Source: Dehalococcoidia bacterium (GTDB taxonomy: Bacteria; Chloroflexota; Dehalococcoidia; UBA2979). From it: a stretch of 64,000 bases of DNA. The translations under genes were made by a program, and so were the position numbers. The DNA lies in contig JACKCJ010000011.1 of the NCBI GenBank assembly GCA_020634075.1, positions 9,130 to 73,129 on the forward strand, given 5' to 3'. The notes beneath the pieces are model-generated. The model was not told the origin of the DNA and made no database searches. It saw nothing but the letters and a program-made list of their open reading frames with translations. Below are positions 1 through 7,871 of the stretch, piece after piece. Positions within the stretch are counted from its first letter, which is position 1. Every line of letters starts with the position of its first letter.

Positions 1-903
1 GCGATCGACGCGTCCTGGGTGGGGGCGGCGAACCACGCCATCTCCGCCACGCAGGCCGTGACGTGGCCCGGCGAGTCCGAGGCCGCTGCGGCGACCTTCC
101 TCGCAGACGCCCAGGCACTGGTCGTGGCCCTCGATGCGGACGACGTGGCAGCGGCAGCGCCGCTCGCGGCCGCCGTGCACGAGTCGCAGCACGCGTTCAG
201 CCACGCGGCGTTCCATGAGCTGGAGCATCTCGGCGCCCGGGATGCGTCCCCGGGAGCGATGCTTGCCGCCTTGATCTACCTCGACAACGCCGGCTTCCAC
301 GGCATGGACGAGGCGCTCAACGGCGACGCCCCGGAGATCGACCCGTCGTGGGCTGGTGCGACGAACAACGCCCTCGCCGCTGCCCGCTCCGTCGACTGGG
401 GCGAGGTGCAGCCGCAGGCTGACGCCTTCATCGCCGCAGCCGAGGAGCTCTTCGCAGCCCTCCAGGCGGACGACGCCGCTGCGGCCGCCGCACCTGCGGC
501 GGCCGTCCACGAGACGCAGCACGCTCTGAGCCACGACGCGTACGCGGCGCTGGATGGGATGAAGGCCGCCGATGACTCGGTGGCCGCGCGGCTGGCCGCG
601 ATCATCCTCGCGGACACGGCCGGGTTCCACGGCATGGACGAGGCGCTCAACGGCGACGCGCCCGAGATCGTCGCGTCCTGGACGGGTGCGACCAGCCGGG
701 CGCTGACGGCCGCGCGCGTGGTGGCGTGGGGCGAGCAGCAGGCTGCGGCGGATGCCTTCATCGCCGGTGCCACCGAGCTCCTCGCCGCGCTCGAGGCGGA
801 CGACGCCTCGTCCGCCGCGGCTCCGGCGGCCGTGGTCCACGAGGCCCAGCATGCCCTGAGCCACGACGTGTACGCCGCCATTGGCGGCGGTCACGACCAC
901 TAG
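1..903 (+). CDS. His-rich tandem-repeat protein, 5'-truncated by the window edge (function unknown, possibly metal-binding)
   Basis: The reading frame is open from base 1. Bases 1-18 encode AIDASW, which aligns with the repeat boundary EIDPSW / EIVASW. There are three ~110-aa modules, each with VHE[STA]QHA[FL]SH; the first two modules are followed by AGFHGMDEALNGDAPEI. GC3 is high. It sits directly upstream of copC. Confidence 0.75.
   Translation, partial: AIDASWVGAANHAISATQAVTWPGESEAAAATFLADAQALVVALDADDVAAAAPLAAAVHESQHAFSHAAFHELEHLGARDASPGAMLAALIYLDNAGFHGMDEALNGDAPEIDPSWAGATNNALAAARSVDWGEVQPQADAFIAAAEELFAALQADDAAAAAAPAAAVHETQHALSHDAYAALDGMKAADDSVAARLAAIILADTAGFHGMDEALNGDAPEIVASWTGATSRALTAARVVAWGEQQAAADAFIAGATELLAALEADDASSAAAPAAVVHEAQHALSHDVYAAIGGGHDH
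4..900 (+). repeat. In-frame tandem repeat, period 333/330 nt, about 2.7 copies in view
   Basis: The DNA block ttccacggcatggacgaggcgctcaacggcgacgc occurs at about 292 and about 625. The atcgac / atcgtc boundaries at 4, 337 and 667 give periods of 333 and 330 nt. Confidence 0.85.
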
Positions 904-938
904 CGCAGGCGGACATCCGCCCGGGGAGAGAGTCGACC

Positions 939-1610
939 ATGAGCAATCCCTGGTTGTTCACCGGATCGCTGAGGCGGTTCCTCTCCGGGCGGATCGTGAT
1001 CGGGCTGATGCTGGCAAGCGCCGGCATCAGCCTCTTCGGTCCCTCCGTGGCGTCCGCGCACGCCGAGCCGCAGACGGCCAACCCACCGATTGATGGCACC
1101 GTCCGCGCGGCGCCCGAGCGGCTGGAGGTGTGGTTCGTCCAGGAGGTGTTCCGGCGAGCCGGGGCGAACGCGCTCGAAGTGCACGACGAGGCAGGCGAGC
1201 GGGTCGACCTCGACGATCTCGTGATCGATGACCTCGACCGGACGCACCTCTCGGTTGGCCTCCGGTCGAACCTCGCGGCAGGCGTCTACACGGTCACCTG
1301 GCGAACACTCTCCGCCGTCGACGGTGATGCCGCCGACGGCACGTTCACCTTCACCGTCGATCCGACGGCGCCGGAGATCTCGGCGTCGGCGGCCCCGGTC
1401 GACACCGAGGCCCCGGTAGTCACGCCGTCACCCGCCGCGAGCGAAGCACCGGTCGCCACAGCGACGGTCGACGCGACACCGGCAGCCACCGTCGCCGGAG
1501 CCGCGGAGGATGATTCCGGCGTTCCCGCCTGGGTGCTGATCGCGGCCCTGGGCATCCTCGGCGGCGGCGCCGCCGCGGTGTGGGCGCTCCGCACAGAGAT
1601 GCCTGAATGA
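939..1610 (+). CDS. copC: CopC-domain copper-binding protein with signal peptide and C-terminal membrane anchor
   Basis: ATG at 939 lies inside ORF 726..1610. Signal peptide ends ASA-HAEP, leaving an N-terminal His. CopC-like sequence PERLEVWF...GVYTVTWRTLSAVDGDAADGTFTFTV. Ala/Pro/Thr linker, then TM helix VPAWVLIAALGILGGGAAAVWAL. The stop overlaps the next start (ATGA). Confidence 0.85.
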   Translation: MSNPWLFTGSLRRFLSGRIVIGLMLASAGISLFGPSVASAHAEPQTANPPIDGTVRAAPERLEVWFVQEVFRRAGANALEVHDEAGERVDLDDLVIDDLDRTHLSVGLRSNLAAGVYTVTWRTLSAVDGDAADGTFTFTVDPTAPEISASAAPVDTEAPVVTPSPAASEAPVATATVDATPAATVAGAAEDDSGVPAWVLIAALGILGGGAAAVWALRTEMPE

Positions 1611-3865
1611 ACGCCATCATCGCGCGTCGCCCTCGGCACGGTGCTCGTCGGTACGTGTCGACACTCGGGCTGATCGCCGCCGTCGTCATCGCGGTGCTGC
1701 TCGCCGGGACGGAGCAGGCGGAGGCCCACGCGATCCTCGCGCGGTCGAATCCGTCATCCGGCGCGGAACTGGCGAGCGCGCCCGCGCTCATCGAGCTGTG
1801 GTTCTCTGAACCACTGGAACCTGCCGCCAGCTCGTTCGAGGTACTCGCGAGCGACGGGAGGTCGCTCGCTGTCGAAGCCATCGCGGTCGACCCCACCGAT
1901 CCTCACCGGCTATCGGGCGTGTCGCCGACGCTGTCGCCCGGCTTCTACACCGTGGCCTACGCGAACGTTTCGTCCGCCGACGGCCACCCCTGGACTGGTG
2001 CCTTCTCGTTCGTGGTGCTCAACCCGGACGGCTCGCGCCCGCAGGGCGCCGCCGTCGCCATCGATGGACTCGGGGCGACCTCGTCGGTGGCGAACGTCGT
2101 CGGACGCTGGTTCTCGTTCCTCGGCCTCTCGTTGTTGATGGGCGGGGTCGCTCTCTACCAGCCGCTCTTCGTGGGGCGCCGACGACGTCCCGGAGTCTGG
2201 ACGACCTACCTCGTCGTCGTGACTCGCCTGGGCGTCGGTGGCGTTGTCCTCGCCGGCGCCGGCATTGCCCTCATCGGCCTCGAGCAAGCGCGGTCCCTTC
2301 CGGACGCCTCGTTCACGACGTTCCTCGCCGCGACGCGTGGAGGCACGCTGTGGGCCTGGCGTGCGCTCGCTGTCGAGGCTGCCGCTGTGCTCGTCGCGCT
2401 GGCAGTGTTCGCGGCGCGCTCACGACGCAGGAAGGGCCTCGCCGTCGTCGTCGGCCTCGTCCCGCCGTGCGTGCTCGTCGCCGTCGCGGCCGCATCGCTC
2501 CAGAGCCATGCGAACGCGGCGCCGGGCGCCGACTGGGCGCGCATCTCCCACTTCGTCCACCTCGCGACATCGGCCGCGTGGACGGGTGGGCTTGTCGTCC
2601 TCTTCGTCCTGCTGGCAGTGCTCCATCGCCGACACGACGTCACCCGCGAGGACGCACGGATGCTCCTCGTCCCGTTTTCAGCCTTCGCCCTGGCCTCCGT
2701 CTTCGTGATCTCGGCGACCGGACTGGTCCGTTCGCTCGGCGAGCTGCCCACTGCGTCGGCGCTCTGGAGCACCGAGTACGGGCGCTGGCTCATCGTCAAG
2801 CTGGCCCTGGTCGGAGTCGCGCTGCTGCTGGCTCTTCGCAACAAGTGGCGCGTGGAAGTGATCGCCGACGCGCGAACGACCTCGCCACGAGATGCCCGCG
2901 CGGTCGCGGACGTCCGTCGCCTCCTGCCGTTCGAGATCGTGTTCGTCGTCGCCGCGCTCCTCGCGGTGGCGGTCATGGGCCAGACGCCGACTCCGCGCGG
3001 GGACTTGAGCACCCAGTCACCCCCGCCGGCCCATCCGTTCAGCGCGGCCGAGACCGTCGAGGGCCTCACGAGCCATGTGCAGGTAAGCCCCGGCACACTC
3101 GGGGAGAACGACCTCTACATCCACCTCTACTCCGAGGACGGGACGGACATCACCGGCGAGATCCTGCGCGTGCTGGTCGAGCCGCGGCGGCCCGAGGGCG
3201 GTGGAGGTGAGCGGATCGTCGCGCAGCTCGTGTCCGGCAGCGTGTACCAGGCCCAGGTTGTCCTCGCGCAGCCCGTGACGTGGACGATCCACGTCGAGGT
3301 CATCCGCGCCGGACACGACGACGCGGTGTTCGACTACCAGGCGCCGATTGCCGGTGCGGCGGGCGTCGTCTCTCCGGGCTTCGGCTCCTTCGCGCCGCAG
3401 CTTGGTACCGGGCACCTTTCCGCGGTGGTCGTCCTCATCGCCGGTGGGGGCCTCCTTGTGTTCGCGGGTCGCGTTCGACGCCAGGCGCCCGCGTACGCAC
3501 TCGGCACGGTGCTGGTCGTCGGCAGCGTCGGCGTGCTGGCGTGGGTGGACGACGGCGCTTCGACGCTCACGAATCCCTACCCCGCCGATCCACAGTCCAT
3601 CGCGCGCGGCGAGGCGCTCTACGTCCGGCACTGCGAGGCGTGCCACGGCGTCGACGGCCGTGGCGACGGGCCGGAGGCCGCCCGCCTCGAGCCCCGTCCC
3701 GCCGATCTGAGGATCCACGTCCCGGCGCATCCGGAAGGTGACACGTTCCGCTTCATCGCGAGCGGGATCGCCGGGACCGCCATGCCCGCATGGGAGGACG
3801 AGCTGACCGACGACCAACTGTGGGACCTCGTGAACTACCTCGTCGACGAGTTCGGTCCCGAGTAG
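1607..3865 (+). CDS. CopC-CopD fusion with an Ig-like (YtkA/FixH-like) domain and a C-terminal class I cytochrome c domain
   Basis: Signal peptide ends AEA-HAILARSNP. CopC module LIELWFSEPL...GFYTVAYANVSSADGHPWTGAFSFVV. About 8 TM helices typical of CopD. A soluble beta-rich segment, two more TM helices, then the heme motif CEACH (3632..3646) and a Met ligand candidate in GTAMPAW. Confidence 0.85.
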   Translation: MNAIIARRPRHGARRYVSTLGLIAAVVIAVLLAGTEQAEAHAILARSNPSSGAELASAPALIELWFSEPLEPAASSFEVLASDGRSLAVEAIAVDPTDPHRLSGVSPTLSPGFYTVAYANVSSADGHPWTGAFSFVVLNPDGSRPQGAAVAIDGLGATSSVANVVGRWFSFLGLSLLMGGVALYQPLFVGRRRRPGVWTTYLVVVTRLGVGGVVLAGAGIALIGLEQARSLPDASFTTFLAATRGGTLWAWRALAVEAAAVLVALAVFAARSRRRKGLAVVVGLVPPCVLVAVAAASLQSHANAAPGADWARISHFVHLATSAAWTGGLVVLFVLLAVLHRRHDVTREDARMLLVPFSAFALASVFVISATGLVRSLGELPTASALWSTEYGRWLIVKLALVGVALLLALRNKWRVEVIADARTTSPRDARAVADVRRLLPFEIVFVVAALLAVAVMGQTPTPRGDLSTQSPPPAHPFSAAETVEGLTSHVQVSPGTLGENDLYIHLYSEDGTDITGEILRVLVEPRRPEGGGGERIVAQLVSGSVYQAQVVLAQPVTWTIHVEVIRAGHDDAVFDYQAPIAGAAGVVSPGFGSFAPQLGTGHLSAVVVLIAGGGLLVFAGRVRRQAPAYALGTVLVVGSVGVLAWVDDGASTLTNPYPADPQSIARGEALYVRHCEACHGVDGRGDGPEAARLEPRPADLRIHVPAHPEGDTFRFIASGIAGTAMPAWEDELTDDQLWDLVNYLVDEFGPE

Positions 3866-3971
3866 GGACATCGCAGCAACCCCACGCAGGCACGGGTGCG
3901 AATCTGTGCACGAACATTCACCATCGGTTGTTGCTAGGATGCGCGCGGGTGGCCAGATTCGAGGCATCGCG

Positions 3972-5063
3972 ATGTCTGGCAGCGCATTCGAACGCCCGTC
4001 GCCGGCACCCGGCGACCAGCCCGGCCGGGCGTCGCGACGCGTGCGCGTCGGCCCCGAGCCCGAGGCACCGGCCGCAGCGCGTCAGCTCTCCGACGGTGAG
4101 GCACGGCCCAGCGCGAGACAGGTGCGGGCGCTCCAGGGCGCCGTCGGCAATCGCGCGCTCTCGAGGCTCCTCGATGGCTCGGGTGGCGCGATCCAGCGCG
4201 CGAAGAACCCCGAGCGCGAACGCCTCGAGCGGATCCGCATGTGGAGCCAGCTCCTCCAACAGAAGGACGGCCTGGCGCCCGCTGCCGCCGACACGCTGGC
4301 GGAGGCCTTCGCCAACACCAAGACGAGCATCGTCACCCTCGAGGAGTTCGCGCCGCTGCTCGGCCTCGGCTGGACCGCGCCGGTGCTCGTCACGCTGATC
4401 CGGAAGTTCGTCGGCGATCCGGGCGGGCGCGAGGCGTCCGACTGGGTCGCCTTCGCCGGACGTCGCCCCGACAACGCAGACGCCGTCGCCGACGGAGTGC
4501 GCGCCGGCCAGGTGGACTGGGTGAACGTCGCGGCCTCGTTCCGGACGCACAACGACCGCTACACCGCCACGCCGCAGACGCCGACCGGCAAGGTGCGCGT
4601 CTGCGTTCTGGACGGGGATCACGCGGCCCTGGAGGAGCAGACGCTCGATGGGACGCAGACCGTCTACCGGATCACCGGCGGCCGCGCACCGTTCCTCGCC
4701 AGCGACGAGCTGAAGGACCTGCTGCTCGCCGACTCGCAGTACAACGTCAGCGCCACGGGCTACACCCGTCACGCCACCGTGAACCTCGTGGAAGCACCGG
4801 GACAGGTCGACTTCGCCGCCACGCGGCACTTCACCTACATGCCCTCCGCGGGCACGGTCAACACCGCGATCATGTCCTCGGACGATGCTGACATCACCGT
4901 GCTGCGCCTCGAGGGCGACTCGGTGATCTTCGACATCTCCGGCGCCGAGCACGCGCTGTCGCTGTCCCCGGTCGATGGCTACATGCCGTTCGACTTCGAC
5001 TACAACGCCGCCGCCGGAACCATCTCGCACGGCCACCCGGGCCACGCGCTGTACACGGTGTAG
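3972..5063 (+). CDS. Hypothetical protein with N-terminal LQGAVGNRALSRLL motif
   Basis: ATG at 3972 is in frame with ORF 3906..5063. The N-terminus is disordered and Arg/Pro-rich, followed by the GNRA-type motif. The C-terminal ~250 aa look globular with no motif I recognise. GC3 is high. Confidence 0.6.
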   Translation: MSGSAFERPSPAPGDQPGRASRRVRVGPEPEAPAAARQLSDGEARPSARQVRALQGAVGNRALSRLLDGSGGAIQRAKNPERERLERIRMWSQLLQQKDGLAPAAADTLAEAFANTKTSIVTLEEFAPLLGLGWTAPVLVTLIRKFVGDPGGREASDWVAFAGRRPDNADAVADGVRAGQVDWVNVAASFRTHNDRYTATPQTPTGKVRVCVLDGDHAALEEQTLDGTQTVYRITGGRAPFLASDELKDLLLADSQYNVSATGYTRHATVNLVEAPGQVDFAATRHFTYMPSAGTVNTAIMSSDDADITVLRLEGDSVIFDISGAEHALSLSPVDGYMPFDFDYNAAAGTISHGHPGHALYTV

Positions 5064-5164
5064 TCGGGCCATCCGAAGGACGTCGTCGAGGTATGTCGCC
5101 GAGGCGCTCGGCACCCGGGAACTCCGGCGCAGGCGCTCTTGGTGCTGCTTCTGGCGAAGAAGAA

Positions 5165-5241
5165 TGGTCGGGGAGGCGGGATTTGAACCCACGACCCCCA
5201 GTCCCCCAGACTGGTGCGCTGCCAGACTGCGCCACTCCCCG
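5165..5241 (-). tRNA. tRNA-Pro (anticodon GGG), CCA encoded
   Basis: The reverse complement folds as a cloverleaf: CGGGGAG TG GCGC AGTCTGGCA GCGC A CCAGT CTGGGGG ACTGG GGGTC GTGGG TTCAAAT CCCGC CTCCCCG A CCA. Length 77 nt. Confidence 0.93.
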
Positions 5242-5284
5242 ACCGTGGGCGTTCGATGCTAGCAGACGCCGTCCGTAAGGGTTG

Positions 5285-6784
5285 CTAGGCGAGGCCGGCG
5301 GCGCGGGCGAGGATCACCAGTGCGAGGCCGGCGGCGGCGATGCCGCTGTACTCGGCGGCCACGACGCGGTTCAGCGCGCGGATGACGTGGCTGTGGAGCA
5401 GGCCGGTCGCGAGGTAGAACGCGAGCAGCAGCGTCAGTCCCGCGAGGTAGGTGTCCAGCGGGACGTAGTAGAGCAGCCAGCGCATCTCGCCGAGGATGAA
5501 CCCCGCGACGAGCGACAGCCCCAGCGTCTCCAGCGGATCGATCTCGCCCTCGCGCAGGACCTCGACGGCCAGCATCGCCGCCGTGATCGACGTGGCGAGG
5601 ATGGCGGCGGGGAGCGTCAGCTCGAACACGTAGGTCAGCGAGAACACCGCGAAGCCCGTGAGGTACGTGTTCGCCGTGACCACGAGGCGGGCCTGGTCGT
5701 ACTCCTCGGCCATTGGGCGGACGCTGGCCACCTCCGCCCAGGCGAGCGCGCCGAAGCCGAGGCCGGCGCCGAGGCCGACGAGGAGCACCAGCTCCCCGGA
5801 GATGTTGTGCTCGATGAGCACGGGGACGGCCATCACGTAGAGCGCCGGGACGAAGAGGAATGGCGCGGTCTCCTGGCCGAGCGAGAACGGCTCACGCCAC
5901 GTCTGCCGCAGCGTCCCGTCCAGTCCGAATACGACCGCGGCCGCGCCGAGCAGGAGCAGCCATCGCGGGGATGGCTCGATGAGCAGGAACGCCAGCATCA
6001 CCATCGTCGCGAGGACCGATGTGACGACGAGGTGGGCGGAGATGCCGCTCGGTCGGATGCGGGCGGTGCGCGCTTCGTCGGAGGCTTCGACGGTGGGCAC
6101 CGGCGCGAGCATCGGCGCGGGCTCGTTGGGCTCTTCCTCGAGCAGCAACACCGGCTGCGGTCCGGGTTCGGTCTCGACGGCAGCGACCGGAACGGCGGGC
6201 GCAGGGAGGGGCTCCGCGGGCGGTTCCGCGACCGGGGGCTCCGGTGTCTCGTCGGTAGGCGGCTCCGCGTCGACGGGAGGCGGCTCCGCGTCAACGGGAT
6301 GGGGCCACGGACTCGATGGCGGCGCGGGCTCCGAGGGCTGCCCGGGCGGCTCCGCCGTCTCGTGCTCGGGCTCGGGCTCTGTCTCGGGCTCGGGAGCCGA
6401 CCCGAAGGGTGGTGACCAGGCTCCGGGCTCGGTCTGCGATTCGGTCAGCGCCTCGCGTTGCGGTGCGTTGGGGGACTCGGGCGGCGATTCAGCAGACGCA
6501 GCCGGGGAGGCCGTCTCGGGCTCCTGCGGGGGCCGCGCGAGCTGTGCCGGTCGCGGGGTGATGCTCAGGTCGAGCTCGGGGGCGAGGGTCGGCAGGGTCT
6601 CCGCGTCGTCGTCAGACGTGGGAGGGACGTCATCGGAGGCGGCGTCGTGTGGCGCGGACTCCTCGACGCTGGAGCGCCCGACTCGGCGGAACCGCGACGC
6701 GAAGCGTCCGAGGCCACCCCGCTTCTGGGGCGCCTCGTCTTCCTCGTTCGATGCGTCGTCCGGAGTGTGCTGCTCGTCAGCCAC
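5285..6784 (-). CDS. Membrane protein with a long Pro/Glu/Ala-rich disordered N-terminal region and a polytopic C-terminal half
   Basis: GTG start at 6784. The N-terminal ~230 aa are low complexity, including the PVDAEPP PVDAEPP duplication. The C-terminal ~260 aa contain about 7-8 hydrophobic helices. The opposite-strand ORF 5282..6415 is Arg/Gly/Asp-rich and rejected. Confidence 0.65.
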   Translation of the reverse strand: MADEQHTPDDASNEEDEAPQKRGGLGRFASRFRRVGRSSVEESAPHDAASDDVPPTSDDDAETLPTLAPELDLSITPRPAQLARPPQEPETASPAASAESPPESPNAPQREALTESQTEPGAWSPPFGSAPEPETEPEPEHETAEPPGQPSEPAPPSSPWPHPVDAEPPPVDAEPPTDETPEPPVAEPPAEPLPAPAVPVAAVETEPGPQPVLLLEEEPNEPAPMLAPVPTVEASDEARTARIRPSGISAHLVVTSVLATMVMLAFLLIEPSPRWLLLLGAAAVVFGLDGTLRQTWREPFSLGQETAPFLFVPALYVMAVPVLIEHNISGELVLLVGLGAGLGFGALAWAEVASVRPMAEEYDQARLVVTANTYLTGFAVFSLTYVFELTLPAAILATSITAAMLAVEVLREGEIDPLETLGLSLVAGFILGEMRWLLYYVPLDTYLAGLTLLLAFYLATGLLHSHVIRALNRVVAAEYSGIAAAGLALVILARAAGLA

Positions 6785-6798
6785 GACTTCGAGGATAC

Positions 6799-7689
6799 CT
6801 ACTCGGCGGCGAACGTCGGCTGTTCGAAGCCGAAGATCTCGGCGGCGTTTCGGTAGCGGATGCGGTCCGCTTCGTCCTCGGTCAGCCCGCAGTCCGTGAA
6901 GATCTGCTCGAGGTGCTCGACGTGCGAGGCGATCTCGTCCGTGTTGCAGTCAGAGCCCCACGTCAGCTTCTCGACGCCGATCTCGCGCTTCACGAGGCCG
7001 CGCTCCACCGCGTGACGCTCGATGGTGTCGCCGCCGGACATGTCCAGGAAGACGTGGTGCCGCCAGCGGGTCACGGAGGCGGCCTCGTCGTAGTTGCCGG
7101 TGCCGCCCATGTGCGCGCCGATCAGGCGCAGGCTCGGGAAGTTGTTCGCGATGGAGTCGAGGTGGAACGGGCGCATCCGGATCGCGGAGACATCGCGCGG
7201 CTGCATCCGGCCCATCTTCTGCATGCGCTGGTAGGTCTCGGCGGCCTTCGGGTCGCGTCGCGGGTGCGTGATCGCGTAGTCGACCCCGCCGCCGATGACG
7301 CCGAGGTGCATCAGGATCGGGAGGCCGAACTCCTCGGCCGCGGCGTAGCAGGGGAAGTAGCGCGGGTCGTCGTACTCGAACTTCGTCCCGATGATCTTCA
7401 GGCCCTTGTAGCCCATCTCGTAGAGACGCTTGATGTCGCGGAAGCTCTGCTCGCCCGGGTCGACGACGGCGCTCGGCACCCACAGGTCCTCGTCGCGCTT
7501 CGCGAACTCCAGGTAGTCCTCGTAGGGGAGCGAGCCGAAGCGCCCGCCCGACAGCAGCGATGCCTTCACGACGCCCGCCTCGCGGAGCGCGGCGCCGCGC
7601 TCATCGAGGAGCCGCTCGTACTCGGGGTTGTCGGGGTCTTCCCAGTTGCGGGGGAAGTGGCAGTGGACGTCCCAGATCGGCGGCTTCAT
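6799..7689 (-). CDS. Amidohydrolase-2 family metal-dependent hydrolase
   Basis: MKPPIWDVHCHF start preceded by GGAGGG. Also GYKGLKIIG, LPILMHLG, IGAHMGG and WGSDC. The longer ORF extending to 7872 has a non-protein-like N-terminus. Confidence 0.8.
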   Translation of the reverse strand: MKPPIWDVHCHFPRNWEDPDNPEYERLLDERGAALREAGVVKASLLSGGRFGSLPYEDYLEFAKRDEDLWVPSAVVDPGEQSFRDIKRLYEMGYKGLKIIGTKFEYDDPRYFPCYAAAEEFGLPILMHLGVIGGGVDYAITHPRRDPKAAETYQRMQKMGRMQPRDVSAIRMRPFHLDSIANNFPSLRLIGAHMGGTGNYDEAASVTRWRHHVFLDMSGGDTIERHAVERGLVKREIGVEKLTWGSDCNTDEIASHVEHLEQIFTDCGLTEDEADRIRYRNAAEIFGFEQPTFAAE

Positions 7690-7871
7690 CGACCCTCCGG
7701 CCTTGCGGTGTGTGCGCGATGTCCGGCCACTTCCGCCGTCAGGGACGTGTGGGAGACGGTCGGGCTGACGCCTCATGCTACCGCGCGTGTGAGCCTCGGT
7801 CGTGCGCGTCTGCCGTGCTCGCGCGTAAGCATGGCCGAGCGTAGACCTCGATGCGTAGGCTTTGAGGGCCA

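Noticed and set aside
3866-5284. tRNA-Pro locus considered as a genomic-island insertion site.
   Set aside because: I could see no integrase, no direct repeat of the tRNA 3' end, and no obvious compositional shift in the flanks.
6249-6290. A 21-nt tandem duplication (ggcggctccgcgtcgacggga x2) inside the membrane-protein gene.
   Set aside because: It is in frame and simply encodes the PVDAEPP PVDAEPP repeat of a low-complexity linker, which is ordinary slippage in a disordered region.
7690-7871. Possible c-di-AMP (ydaO-type) riboswitch upstream of kup.
   Set aside because: I could not find the conserved ydaO sequence blocks or the pseudo-two-fold architecture. Only a short generic hairpin (CGTCAG...CTGACG) is present. 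An Infernal scan would be needed to be sure.
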